Source: Candidatus Eiseniibacteriota bacterium (lineage in GTDB: Bacteria; Eisenbacteria; RBG-16-71-46). Taken from it: a stretch of 64,000 nt of DNA. Under the pieces are notes generated by a model. The model was not told where the DNA came from. It was given only the letters and a program-made list of their open reading frames with translations, and did not search any database. Made by a program: the position numbers and the translations under genes. The DNA lies in assembly GCA_044223005.1 (NCBI GenBank), contig JBGAML010000020.1, forward strand, positions 1 to 64,000, given 5' to 3'. Shown here piece after piece: positions 9,201-18,285 of the stretch; within the stretch, counting starts at the first letter, position 1; each line of letters begins with the position of its first letter.

Positions 9201-11369
9201 GGCACGCTGCCGCCCGGCATCACGCTGTCCACGGCGGGAGTGCTCGACGGCTCGCCCACGCTGAACGGGAACTACGCGTTCACGGTCGCCGTGACGGACA
9301 CGCTCGACTGCGCGGGCAGCCGCGCGTTCACGCTGGCGGTGAACTGCCCCGTGGTCGCGGTCGCGACAGTCGCCATTCCCGACGCCGAGACGGGCACCGG
9401 CTACACCGCGACGTTCACGGCCACCGGCGCGACTCCGCCGCTGACCTGGGCGGTGACGTCCGGCGCGCTGCCGGACGGGCTCACGCTCACGCCTGCGACG
9501 GGCATCGTCTCGGGCACGCCCACGACGCCGGGCACGTCGGCGTTCTCGATCGGCTTCACCGACGCGTACGGTTGCGGCACCTCGAGCCCCTGGGCGCTCA
9601 CGGTGTTCGCCGCGCCGGCGGGCGCGACGCTCGCCGCGAATCCGGTGGGGCTCTGCCTCTCGACCGTGACGACGCAGGTCGGCGTGCCCTTCGTGCTGAC
9701 GCGGACCGACACCACGTCCGTGCACCGCCTGTGGCTCGCCTTCGCGCTCGACACCACGCGGCTCGCGCTCGCCACGCCGGCGACGCCGGCGGCCAGCATC
9801 CACCTCGGCGCCTGGTTCGGCGGCTTCGGCGCGCCGACGCCGCTCGTCACCGCGGCCGGGAACGGCACGTACGTCGTCGACGTCACGGTGCCCCCGGGGC
9901 CGTGTGGCCCGGGCTCCGGCGGGACCGCGCTGACGGTGGACCTGGGCGCGGGTGCGCTCGACGGCGCCGGCGCGATCACCGTGCTCGGCGTCAAGCTGTT
10001 CGGCTGCGCCGGCGACACGCTCCCCGTGCTGCCGGGAGCGCCCGGCCTGCTGACCGTGAACCGCGCGAGCGGTCCCGGGCTCGGCTCGCTCGCGGCCGCA
10101 CCGGTCGTCACGGGCAATGGAACGGGCGGCACCACCGGCATCACGCTGACGTGGGCGGGCGGCGCGACCGTGGCGCTCTACCGCGCGCCGTGGGCGAGCT
10201 ACCCCGCGTACGCCGCCGCGGCGGCCCCGGATTCGGCGCTCGCGCCCGCCGCACCGTGGACACTCGTCTCGCCGAGCGCGAGCTCGCCGTACGTGGACCA
10301 CCCCGGGACGCGGGGCTTCTGGTACTACGTCGCGTTCACGTTCGATTCCTGCGGCAATCGCTCCCTGGTCTCCAACCACACCGCGGGGACGCTCGACTAC
10401 GTGCTCGGCGACGTGACGGATCTCGTCACGCCCGGCGCGGGCGACAACACGGTCGGGCTCGAGGACGTGACGCTGCTCGGCGCGAACTACGGCATCGTCG
10501 CGCCCACGATCGGCAGCCGCGGAGTCGGCTACCTCGACGTCGGCCCGACGACCGACGCGCAGGCGACGTCGCGCCCGGTTCCGGACGGCAAGCTCGACTT
10601 CGAGGACCTCATGTTGTTCACGGCGAACTTCGCCACGAGCGCGGCGGCCCCGCCGGCGTCGGCACTCCCGGCGACGCCAGTCGCGGCCGCGGGGCTCGAA
10701 CGCTTCCAGCTCCAGGCGCCCTCGCTCGTCGCCGCGGGCGACGTGGTCACCGCTACGCTCTCGGTGTCGGCGGCGGGCCGCATGCACGGCTTCTCGGCCG
10801 CGCTCGCGTGGGATGCCGACGTGGTCGAACCGGTGAGCGCGCGCTCGACGGGCTGGACCGAGGAACACGGCGGTCTCGCGCTCTCGCCGGCGCCCGGCGT
10901 GATCGACGCCGCGCGGTTGGGCCGCAGCGGCCCGGGATTCACGGGAGACGGCGACGTCGCACGCTTCGCGTTCCGGGCGCTGCGGGCGGGAGATCCGGCA
11001 TTCCGGATCGGCTCGCTGCTCGCGCGCGATGCGGCCAACCGGCCGCTCTCGACCGACGCCATCGCGGGAGCCGACGCGATCGACCCGCCCGGACGCACGC
11101 TGCTGCTCGCCCCCCAGCCGAATCCGTTCGGCGCCGACGTCGCGCTCGCCTTCAGCCTCGCCACGTCGGGCGAACTCGACCTGTCCGTGTACGACATCCA
11201 CGGCCGCCACGTCCGGACGCTCGCCCACGGCGTGCATGCCGCGGGCGTGCATCACGTCCGCTGGGACGGCCGCGACGCGGCCGGTGCGGCGATCGCGCCC
11301 GGCGTCTACTACGCCCGATTCACGGCCGCCGGCCACACGTCCACGACCCGGCTCGTCCACCTGAGGTAG
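6237..11369 (+). CDS. Large secreted surface protein: beta-propeller repeats, putative Ig (He_PIG-like) domains, dockerin-like and cohesin-like modules, FlgD-Ig/T9SS-like C-terminal domain
   Basis: Signal peptide ending AHA. Twelve ~48-aa W(N/D/A)P...YxGGxF repeats. LPxGLTL...SGTP Ig repeats. C-terminus PNPF...YDIHGRHVRTL...WDGRD...PGVYYARF. Confidence 0.85.
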   Translation: MKATSLPILRFALGAPIAVALVTALLAGTGAVPEAHAQVPRSDFSVTNGTVNAQVISGTTLYVGGSFTRVGPITGSGAPIDSATGAVIPSFPQVAGQVNAIAADGQGGWFIGGLFTTVGGVARANLAHIRADNSLSPWNPATDGQVLTMALDNGTLYVGGGFANAGGAARARVAAIDTASGLATAWNPGASDLVRTLIVSGSTVYLGGRFLVAGGVSRTRLAAIDVATGTANAWNPGANLDVFTLVSSQGRLYAGGTFTVIGGRSRTRLAAIDSTSNIATAWNPGANAQVSTLVIRGDSIWVGGTFTQLAGQTRNRLGMLLASAPTATSWNPGASAAVSALVLSGSSLYAGGDFLTIAGQARSRLAAFDVDTGTLTAWDPGAFGSVLSLATSPGRVYAGGSFSGVGGLARNNLAAFDLNTGLPTTWNPNVDGAVFSLARRGGVIYVGGQFTSLAGQPRTNLGAVDAVTSVLQAWNPGANDQVSALAVSMDWVYAGGLFTTIGGVARQRLARIDASSGVTSAWAPEADGQVFVIDPGPGVIYAGGTFSLAGGQARNNVAAVDTTTGAATSWNPNANGTVRDILVSCGTVYLSGFFTSVGVASRNSLAALDATTGALSSWNPNSNGPVYDMDFGDGMLYVGGVFSSIGGQTRNRIAALDPLTGLASAWNPNSNGTVRVLASGDGQVFASGQFTTMGSLLNSNFAVLPGDASVGCSAIAISPTALPDGVAGIFYSQPMTATGGTNPVCWSVTDGSLPAGLTLSSTGLVSGTPLGSATGVFTVTCTDARGCTSSQTCTLNIFGSAITSTVAPDAHGLCINPAHTVVTVPLVYTRTDTLPARSISVTFQIDTTRVQLHTPANPAASVNLGSWFDAFPSAFLQVVANGGGSYTADATVLGLPCGLSSGGQLLTIDLTSAGPDGKGAISVTRVQVRDCSNVPVPVAPGPVDSVKIQYAPLDITPTSLPAATTGSPYHQVLAGVAGTAPYHFALAAGTLPPGITLSTAGVLDGSPTLNGNYAFTVAVTDTLDCAGSRAFTLAVNCPVVAVATVAIPDAETGTGYTATFTATGATPPLTWAVTSGALPDGLTLTPATGIVSGTPTTPGTSAFSIGFTDAYGCGTSSPWALTVFAAPAGATLAANPVGLCLSTVTTQVGVPFVLTRTDTTSVHRLWLAFALDTTRLALATPATPAASIHLGAWFGGFGAPTPLVTAAGNGTYVVDVTVPPGPCGPGSGGTALTVDLGAGALDGAGAITVLGVKLFGCAGDTLPVLPGAPGLLTVNRASGPGLGSLAAAPVVTGNGTGGTTGITLTWAGGATVALYRAPWASYPAYAAAAAPDSALAPAAPWTLVSPSASSPYVDHPGTRGFWYYVAFTFDSCGNRSLVSNHTAGTLDYVLGDVTDLVTPGAGDNTVGLEDVTLLGANYGIVAPTIGSRGVGYLDVGPTTDAQATSRPVPDGKLDFEDLMLFTANFATSAAAPPASALPATPVAAAGLERFQLQAPSLVAAGDVVTATLSVSAAGRMHGFSAALAWDADVVEPVSARSTGWTEEHGGLALSPAPGVIDAARLGRSGPGFTGDGDVARFAFRALRAGDPAFRIGSLLARDAANRPLSTDAIAGADAIDPPGRTLLLAPQPNPFGADVALAFSLATSGELDLSVYDIHGRHVRTLAHGVHAAGVHHVRWDGRDAAGAAIAPGVYYARFTAAGHTSTTRLVHLR

Positions 11370-11377
11370 GAGTGACC

Positions 11378-12220
11378 ATGCGACCGAATCGACTGCCCTC
11401 CTGCTTCCGCTCCATCGGCCTCGTGGCCGCGCTCGGCCTGCTCGGCGCGCTGCTCGTGGCGCCGGCGCACGCCGGCGTCGACGCCGCGCTGCAGCCGGCC
11501 AACCGGTTCGTCGCCCCGGGCGCGGGCGTGGACGTGGAGTTCGACGTGACCGCCGCGGGCTCGGCGTTCAACGGCTTCCACGCGACGTTCACCTACGACC
11601 CGGCCGCACTCACGTTCGTGCAGGCCTCACCGCTCGCCAACCAGCTCGGCTGTCTCGTGAACGGCACCTGCAGCAGCGCGTGCGGCCAGACGTTCCACAT
11701 CTTCCACGCCGCGGGCGACAGCCTGACCGTCGACCTGTCGCTGCTCTGCGACCAGGTCTCGCTCGTGGGCCCGGGGCAGCTCTACAAGCTGCACTTCGTC
11801 GCCTCGAACACCGACCAGGTGACGTGGGTGCGCGTACGCAGCGCGAGCTTCTTCGACGCGGGACTGTCGTCGGGTGCCGTCACGACGGCGGACACGCGCG
11901 TCGTGATCGGCTCGCCCGCGAGCGTCGGACCGGTCACGCGGCCCGGCACGCTGGCGCTGCGCGCCGAACCGAACCCGGCCGCGGGTGCCGTCGTGTTCGC
12001 GATCGCCACGGGTCGCGACGGCACGCAGGAGATCGACGTGCTCGACCTCTCGGGCCGGCGCGTCCGTCACCTCGCGTCGGACTGGGCCGCCGCCGGCACG
12101 CACCGCGTGACGTGGGACGGCCGCGACGACGCGGGCGCCCTGCTGCCCGCCGGGCTCTACCTCGCGCGCGTGCGCTCCGCCGAGGGCGTCGCCACGACCC
12201 GCATCGTCCGCACCCGCTGA
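11378..12220 (+). CDS. Secreted cohesin-like domain protein with FlgD-Ig/T9SS-like C-terminal domain
   Basis: SD aggag and signal peptide ending AHA. VAPGAGVDVEFDV...FNGFHATFTYDPAALTF is cohesin-like. C-terminus EPNP...DLSGRRVR...WDGRDDAG...AGLYLARV. Confidence 0.8.
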   Translation: MRPNRLPSCFRSIGLVAALGLLGALLVAPAHAGVDAALQPANRFVAPGAGVDVEFDVTAAGSAFNGFHATFTYDPAALTFVQASPLANQLGCLVNGTCSSACGQTFHIFHAAGDSLTVDLSLLCDQVSLVGPGQLYKLHFVASNTDQVTWVRVRSASFFDAGLSSGAVTTADTRVVIGSPASVGPVTRPGTLALRAEPNPAAGAVVFAIATGRDGTQEIDVLDLSGRRVRHLASDWAAAGTHRVTWDGRDDAGALLPAGLYLARVRSAEGVATTRIVRTR

Positions 12221-12289
12221 GGCAGTTGGCGCCGGCGGCCCGCCGCGGGCCGGCTGCCGGCGATTCGGGCCTGCGGTAGAGTGCCGGGC

Positions 12290-13966
12290 ATGAAATGGCC
12301 CTCGCGAGCCTCCGGGCTCGTCCTCGCGCTCGCCGCGATCGCCTCGCTCTCCGCCCACGCCGCGACAGCACCCGCGCCTCGCCGCCCCTCGCTTCCACCG
12401 CACGCGACGTCACCGGGGCCCCGCCGGGCTTCGCCGCCGGCGCACGCCCCCGGCGGCGAGGAAGCCGCACTCGCGCGCGACACGCTGGCCTGGGTCGGCG
12501 ATCGCGCGATCACGGCGCTCGACCTCGTCCAGCGCATCGAGTGGATGCCATGGCCGGAGAAGCGCGACGCCGCGAGCATGGACCAGGCCCGCCTCCGGGG
12601 CGTGCAGTCCCTCATCGCCGAGGCCTTGCTCGCCCGCGAGAACGAACGCCGCTCTCCCAACGGTTCGCCGGCGCTGGCCCGCGCCCGGGCCGCGCTCCGC
12701 CGTGCGCTCGCCCGCGACGCGCTGAGCCGCGTGCTGGGCGAACAGGCGCCGCCGCCCACGCCGGCCGAGATCGACCGCCTCGCGAAGGCGATGCACCCGG
12801 AGCTCTCGCCGGCGAAGCGGGCGGAGTTCCGCCGGCTGGCGGCGGATTCGCTGCGCGAGCTGGCCAGCGAACTGCGAACGCGCGACTTCATGATGTCCCA
12901 GCTCGCCGGCAAGCGCGTCGACGTGGACTCGACCACGTTCATGGCACTCTCGGATTCGCTGCGCCGCATCGTCCTCGCGGCGGACACGAGCCGGGTCCCC
13001 GGCGGCGGGATCCTCATCCCCTCGGAATCGCCCGACATCCTGCTGGCCATGTTCGCCGGCGAGCTCGAGCGCACGCTGGCCCACCTGCCCGACGGGCCGC
13101 TCACGCTCGGGGACGCGCTCGAGGACATGCGCTTCTACACGCTGGCGGTGCGCTCGGTCGATCCGCGCGTCTTTCCCGCGAGCTTCAGCCTCGACCTGCG
13201 CGTGATCGTCGAGGGCGAGATGATGGCCCGCGAGGCGCTTCGCCGCCGCATGGACGAGCGGCCCGAAGTGCGGCACGACCTCGCCACGTGGACCCAGGCG
13301 TGGCGCGCGCGCGGCGTACTCGAATCGGTCGCGGCCGGCCCGCCGATCGCGGACGACGAGGCGTTCCAGGCGCTGGCGCTCCACGAGCCCGAACTCGTGC
13401 GCAAGACGTGCGAGGTCGACCTCGAGGAGATCCTGAGCCCCACGTCCCAGGAAGCCTCCGACGTGCGCCGCGCGCTCGACGGTGGCGCCCGGCTGGACTC
13501 GCTCGCGGCCCGGCGGACGCACCGGACCGAGTGGGTGGCGACGCGCGGCCGCTCGGGCTGGTTCGCGATCCCGCGCCACCTCGAGCTCGGCTACCTCGCC
13601 ATGCTCTCGCCGCGCGACTCGCTGGTGGGCCCGATCCACCTGCCGGAGGGCTGGTCCAACTTCCGCGTGCTCGGCAAGCGGCTGGGCGCGGACTCCCTCC
13701 GCGCACGCGAGTCGCTCGAGCGCGAGCGCCAGCGCGTCGAGGGCGACCGGCGCACCGAGCGTGCGGCGCGCTACGTGGCGTCGCTGGCCGAAGGCGTGCC
13801 CATTCGCATCGACGAGGCCGCGGTGCGGAAGGTGGACATCCTGCCCTCCAACATGGTGGTCAAGCGCTCGCTGGGCTTCGGCGGCGGCATGACCGCCGCG
13901 CCGACGCTCACGCCGCTCTGGCAATGGATGCCGGCCGGGGCCGGCGGCACCGCGCCCCGTCCCTGA
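12290..13966 (+). CDS. SurA/PpiC-like peptidyl-prolyl isomerase family exported protein (degenerate rotamase domain)
   Basis: Signal peptide, SurA-N-like LAWVGDRAIT...LIAEALLA, and parvulin-like EEIL...LAARRT...GRSGWF...VGPIHLPEGWSNFRV. Confidence 0.6.
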   Translation: MKWPSRASGLVLALAAIASLSAHAATAPAPRRPSLPPHATSPGPRRASPPAHAPGGEEAALARDTLAWVGDRAITALDLVQRIEWMPWPEKRDAASMDQARLRGVQSLIAEALLARENERRSPNGSPALARARAALRRALARDALSRVLGEQAPPPTPAEIDRLAKAMHPELSPAKRAEFRRLAADSLRELASELRTRDFMMSQLAGKRVDVDSTTFMALSDSLRRIVLAADTSRVPGGGILIPSESPDILLAMFAGELERTLAHLPDGPLTLGDALEDMRFYTLAVRSVDPRVFPASFSLDLRVIVEGEMMAREALRRRMDERPEVRHDLATWTQAWRARGVLESVAAGPPIADDEAFQALALHEPELVRKTCEVDLEEILSPTSQEASDVRRALDGGARLDSLAARRTHRTEWVATRGRSGWFAIPRHLELGYLAMLSPRDSLVGPIHLPEGWSNFRVLGKRLGADSLRARESLERERQRVEGDRRTERAARYVASLAEGVPIRIDEAAVRKVDILPSNMVVKRSLGFGGGMTAAPTLTPLWQWMPAGAGGTAPRP

Positions 13967-13974
13967 TCCGTCCG

Positions 13975-14021
13975 GAACGCGAACGCCCCGCGGGATCCCG
14001 TCCCGCGGGGCGTTCGTGTTC
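13975..14021. terminator. Bidirectional terminator hairpin between convergent genes
   Basis: Long inverted repeat gaacgcgaacgccccgcggga / tcccgcggggcgttcgtgttc. Confidence 0.7.
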
Positions 14022-14029
14022 GCGTGCGG

Positions 14030-15223
14030 TCAGAAGGGGATGATCGTGTGGCCGTCGTACTGGTCGCCCTTGGTGTCCATCGAGCGGCCGGTCGCGTCCT
14101 TGCCGTTGAACTGGAACACCCAGTGGCTCGGGTCGATGGTGCCCGTCCCGGTGTCGTTCTGGGTGACACGGAAGTAGACCGTCGCCGTGTTCGAACTCGG
14201 ATCGTACGTCACCGACAGCGGCGCGATCGGGATCTTCACGTCGTTCGGGTTCACGGTCGGGTTGGCGTCGTTGTAGAAGCCCGCGGCCCCACCCTGCGCC
14301 TGCGTGATCGTCCAGTTGAGCGGGTTCAGGACCGAGGAGATGTCCATCTCCTGGTTGAACGCGAAGCTCATCTTGAAGACCTTCGACGCCCCCGGCGTGG
14401 CGAGCGAGGAATCGAGCCCCGACAGCGACGTCCCGGGGCCGAGGACGGAGCTGAAGTCGCTCCGGGCCGAATCGGCGTAGAGGATCTTGGGCGTGTTGAT
14501 GTCGTGGTACACGTCGAACGCCAGCTGGTGCGCGCTGCTCGAATCCATGGACAGCAGTTCGCGATACTGCACGCGCGCGTTGTCGGTGTCGCCCTGGCCG
14601 AGGTAGGCACGCGCCATCTCGGCGCGGGCGTTCTCGTGCTTCGGGTCCATCGCCACGGCGAGCTGGTACTGCTTGATCGCGCCCTCCCAGTCCTCCTGCT
14701 TCGATCGCACGAGGCCGAGGTTGTAGCGCGCGGTCGCGCTCGTGGGCGCGATGCGGATCACGTTCTGGAACTGCGTGTCGGCTTCGGCGAGCCGGCCCTG
14801 TTCCAGGTAGATGTAGCCGAGCGTCGTCGGCGGCTCGCCCGCGCCGGGGTTGTTCCGCTCGAGCTCGAGCAGGAACTTCTCGGCGTTGTTGTACTCCTTG
14901 TTGTCCACGTATGCGTTCGCGAGCGCCAGCTTCGTGTCGTCACTCTGCGGGTCGATCTGCAGGGCCTTCTTGTACGACTGGATCGCCTCGGTCTTCATGC
15001 CCTGCATCGAGTAGATCTTGCCGATGTAGCTGTACGCGGTCGGGTCGGCCGGGTTGTACGCGGCGGCGCGCCGGAACTCGCGAATGGCGAGATCGTAGTT
15101 CTTCGCCTGTGCCGCGGTCGCGCCGCGGCTGAGCGCGGACGCTGCGAGCGACGAGTTCTGGCTCGACTGGCCGGACAGGGCGTTGGCCACGTTGTCGATG
15201 GCCGAGTTCGACGATGACGACAC
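14030..15223 (-). CDS. Tetratricopeptide repeat protein with C-terminal beta-rich domain
   Basis: About six TPRs (AYSYIGKIYSMQG, ARYNLGLVRSKQE). GTG 15223 is preceded by gagggg; the start is approximate. Confidence 0.8.
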   Translation of the reverse strand: MSSSSNSAIDNVANALSGQSSQNSSLAASALSRGATAAQAKNYDLAIREFRRAAAYNPADPTAYSYIGKIYSMQGMKTEAIQSYKKALQIDPQSDDTKLALANAYVDNKEYNNAEKFLLELERNNPGAGEPPTTLGYIYLEQGRLAEADTQFQNVIRIAPTSATARYNLGLVRSKQEDWEGAIKQYQLAVAMDPKHENARAEMARAYLGQGDTDNARVQYRELLSMDSSSAHQLAFDVYHDINTPKILYADSARSDFSSVLGPGTSLSGLDSSLATPGASKVFKMSFAFNQEMDISSVLNPLNWTITQAQGGAAGFYNDANPTVNPNDVKIPIAPLSVTYDPSSNTATVYFRVTQNDTGTGTIDPSHWVFQFNGKDATGRSMDTKGDQYDGHTIIPF

Positions 15224-15310
15224 CGGAACCACCCCCTCGAGGGATCTTGGGCCTTCGGGCCCGGACCACCGCGGCCGGGCTGCTACCCGGCGGGTCTTGC
15301 TCCCTACCGG

Positions 15311-15337
15311 GTATCGGTCGAACCGCTCCGAGGTTGA
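15311..15337 (-). promoter_or_regulatory. Putative sigma28 (FliA/SigD) promoter of the TPR gene
   Basis: Minus strand reads TCAAC-N14-ACCGATAC, matching TAAAG/TCAAG-N14-GCCGATAA spacing. Confidence 0.6.
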
Positions 15338-15424
15338 GGCCCGGATCCCGCGAAATCGCAGGGGTTTCTCACCCGCATTTCGCCACACCGGGCGAAATGC
15401 CAGCAACGGCGTGCGCTCCAGTCC

Positions 15425-16789
15425 TCAGTCCGCCGCGAATGCCTCGAGCAATCGCGCCACGTGCCGGGCGTGCTGGAGGTACAGATCGATCCGGACGTTC
15501 TCGTCCGGCGCGTGCGCACGCGTGTCCGGGTAGCCGCAGCCCGCCGTCGCGACCGGCACACCGAGATCGTGGAGGAAGCAGTGGTTCGGGCCCGAGCCGC
15601 CGATCATGGGCACGATCGGCATGGGCACGCCGTAGACCTCCTCCGCCGTGCGCGCGACGAGCGCGAGGAACGGATGATCGGGATCGGTGCGTCCGGCGGG
15701 ATTGCCGCCGAGGAAGTCGATCCGCACGTCCGGGAAACCTTCGCGATCGAGGTGCGCGCGCAGGTTGCGCAGCACCTCCTCCGGCGTCTGGTCGGGGACG
15801 AGGCGGAAATCGACCTTCGCCGAGGCCCGGGCCGGCAGCACCGTCTTGGAGCCCGCGCCCTGGTAGCCCGAGGTGAGTCCGCAGATCGTGCACGTGGGCT
15901 CGAACACCTCGGCGACGCGCAGGTCGGTCCCGCCGGTGAGACCTCTCAGGAACCCCGAGAGACCGTAGTGCGACTGGAGCTCGCCGGCGGCGTCGGGCAT
16001 CGCGGCGAGCAGTTCGCGGTCGCGGGCCGAGGGCGCCTTCACCGAGTCGTAGTGGCCGGGAATCCGGATCCGTTCGTCGGGCCCCTTGAGAGACGCCAGC
16101 GCCCAGGTGAGCCGCCACGCCGCGTTGGGGAAGATCGAACCGCCGAGCCCGGAGTGCGCGTCGACGCTCGCGGTCTCGACCGAGAGCTCGACGTAGCAGA
16201 TGCCGCGCAGGCCGGCGTACTGCAGCGGCACGCCGCGATGGTCGACGCTCCCGAACTCCCAGAGGCAGCCGTCGGCCGCGAGCCGATCCTTGTTCGCGCG
16301 CACGAACGCGGGCAGGTGCACGCTGCCGACTTCCTCCTCGCCCTCGATCACGAACTTGACCCGGCACGGCAGGTCGCCCGTGAGCGCGAGCCACGCGTCG
16401 ATCGCGAGCAGCCGCGAGGTGAGGTGGCCCTTGTCGTCGCTCACGCCGCGCCCGAAGAGCTTGCCGTCGCGGATCGCGGGTTCGAAGGGTGGGCTGGTCC
16501 ACAGTTCGAGCGGCTCGGCGGGCTGGACGTCGTAGTGGTTGTAGACGAGCAGCGTGCGCTCGCTGCGGCCCTTGCGTTCGGCGACGACCACCGGCGGTCC
16601 CCCGCCGGCGGGCAGCGTCTCCACCGTGAAGCCGCGCCGCGCCAGCATGTCGGCGACCATGCGCGCGCACGGCTCCATGCCGAGGCCCTGCGCGGCGATC
16701 GAGGGCTGGGCCACGAAGCGCGAGAGCTCGGCCAGGTTCTGCTCGAGATGCTGCTCCATCCAGCGATCCAGCGCGGCGATGTCGGTCAT
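15425..16789 (-). CDS. M20/M25/M40 metallopeptidase (ArgE/DapE/CNDP-like)
   Basis: YNHYDVQP, GRGVSDDKG, EGEEEVGS and AHAPDEN motifs. ATG overlaps the MATE stop. Confidence 0.9.
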   Translation of the reverse strand: MTDIAALDRWMEQHLEQNLAELSRFVAQPSIAAQGLGMEPCARMVADMLARRGFTVETLPAGGGPPVVVAERKGRSERTLLVYNHYDVQPAEPLELWTSPPFEPAIRDGKLFGRGVSDDKGHLTSRLLAIDAWLALTGDLPCRVKFVIEGEEEVGSVHLPAFVRANKDRLAADGCLWEFGSVDHRGVPLQYAGLRGICYVELSVETASVDAHSGLGGSIFPNAAWRLTWALASLKGPDERIRIPGHYDSVKAPSARDRELLAAMPDAAGELQSHYGLSGFLRGLTGGTDLRVAEVFEPTCTICGLTSGYQGAGSKTVLPARASAKVDFRLVPDQTPEEVLRNLRAHLDREGFPDVRIDFLGGNPAGRTDPDHPFLALVARTAEEVYGVPMPIVPMIGGSGPNHCFLHDLGVPVATAGCGYPDTRAHAPDENVRIDLYLQHARHVARLLEAFAAD

Positions 16790-18204
16790 CGTGCCTCCGG
16801 GAAATCCGCGGACCGGACCGGCTCGCGGGGATCGGGTGACGGCAGCTCGTGCGGCTCTTCGACGTGGATGCGGGCGAGGGCACCGCCCATGCGGTGGCGC
16901 AGCCGCAGGGCGACGATCGTCGCGACCGCGGCGAGCCCGGCGACCAGCCCCCACCAGAGGCCGACGGGACCGTGGTGCAGCGTGCGCCCGAACCAGAGGC
17001 TGAGTGGCAAGCCCACGAACCAGTAACCCACGAGGTTGACGAGCATCGGCGTGCGCGTGTCGCCGGTCCCGCGCAGCAGGCCGATCGAGACGCACTGTGT
17101 CCCGTCGAACACCTGGAAGATCCCCGCGAGCGGGATCAGCGTCGCCGCCACCGCGATGACGTTCGCATCGTTGGTGTACGCCCGCGCGACGAGCCCGGGC
17201 GCGAGCAGGAACACCGCTGCACTCACGCCCATGAACCCGACGCCGACCGTGAGCGCCGCGGAGGCGGCCCGCCGCGCGTCGTCCGGCCGCCCCGCGCCGA
17301 TCGCGCGACCGACGAGCACGGATCCGGCGGTACCGATGCCCAGCGGCACCATGTAGGTGAGCGAGGCGATGTTGAGCGCGACCTGGTGGGCGGCCAGCGG
17401 CACCGCGCCGATGTTGCCCATGGCCAGCCCGATGAGCGCGAACACCCCGAACTCGAGCAGGATCTGGATCGCCGCGGGCGTCCCGAGGCGCAGCACCTGG
17501 AGCATCGCGCGGCTCGAGGCGACGCCCGGCTCCCACCGGAAGTAGGCGCGCAGGTCGCGCCACGCGCTCACGAGCAGCCCGAGCGCCATGACGAAGCGGG
17601 CGATGCAGGTCGCGATGCCCGAGCCCACCGGCCCCATCGCTCGTACACCGAACCCGCCGAACACGAGCCAGAGCGTGCCGGCCACGTTCACGACGTTGGC
17701 GACGAGGATCGCGACGAGGATGGGACGCGTGTTCCCGTGCGCCTGCAGCGTGATGCGCGCGAGGACGAAGAACAGGAACGCGAACGTGCTCGGCATCTGC
17801 ACCAGCAGGTACGGCGTGGCGATGTCGATCACTTCTCGCGGCTGCCCGATCGCGCCCAGTACCTGGCGCACCGGCAGGAACGACAGCGCCGCGAGCAGCC
17901 CGAGCACGCCCACGATCAGCAGCCCGCGCTGGAAGGAGCGCCCCACCGCGTGCGGTTCGCCGGCGCCGACCGCCTGCGAGATGAGCGGTTCGAGCCCGAG
18001 CAGCATCCCGAACCCGAACGAGATCACGGTGAAGAAGTACATGGAGCCGATCGCGACCGCGGCCAGCGCCGCCGCCGAGACGCGCCCGACGATCATGCTG
18101 TCCTCGACGCCCATCGCCATGAGCGACAGCTGGACGAGCGTCACCGGCACGCCGAGCCGCAACAGCTCGCGCAGGTCTGCTCGGCTCGGTCGGGGAATGG
18201 ACAT
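16786..18204 (-). CDS. MATE family efflux transporter (NorM-like)
   Basis: About 12 TM segments. EDSMIVGR, LAAHQVALN, FQVFDGTQ...LRGTGDTRTP. Confidence 0.9.
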   Translation of the reverse strand: MSIPRPSRADLRELLRLGVPVTLVQLSLMAMGVEDSMIVGRVSAAALAAVAIGSMYFFTVISFGFGMLLGLEPLISQAVGAGEPHAVGRSFQRGLLIVGVLGLLAALSFLPVRQVLGAIGQPREVIDIATPYLLVQMPSTFAFLFFVLARITLQAHGNTRPILVAILVANVVNVAGTLWLVFGGFGVRAMGPVGSGIATCIARFVMALGLLVSAWRDLRAYFRWEPGVASSRAMLQVLRLGTPAAIQILLEFGVFALIGLAMGNIGAVPLAAHQVALNIASLTYMVPLGIGTAGSVLVGRAIGAGRPDDARRAASAALTVGVGFMGVSAAVFLLAPGLVARAYTNDANVIAVAATLIPLAGIFQVFDGTQCVSIGLLRGTGDTRTPMLVNLVGYWFVGLPLSLWFGRTLHHGPVGLWWGLVAGLAAVATIVALRLRHRMGGALARIHVEEPHELPSPDPREPVRSADFPEAR

Positions 18205-18285
18205 GGAGGCTCCGGGGCGCGGGAACGAAGGGCGGGGGCTGCATGCTGCCAGCCCCCGCCCGGAAGTGCCAGCGCCGTTCCGGCG

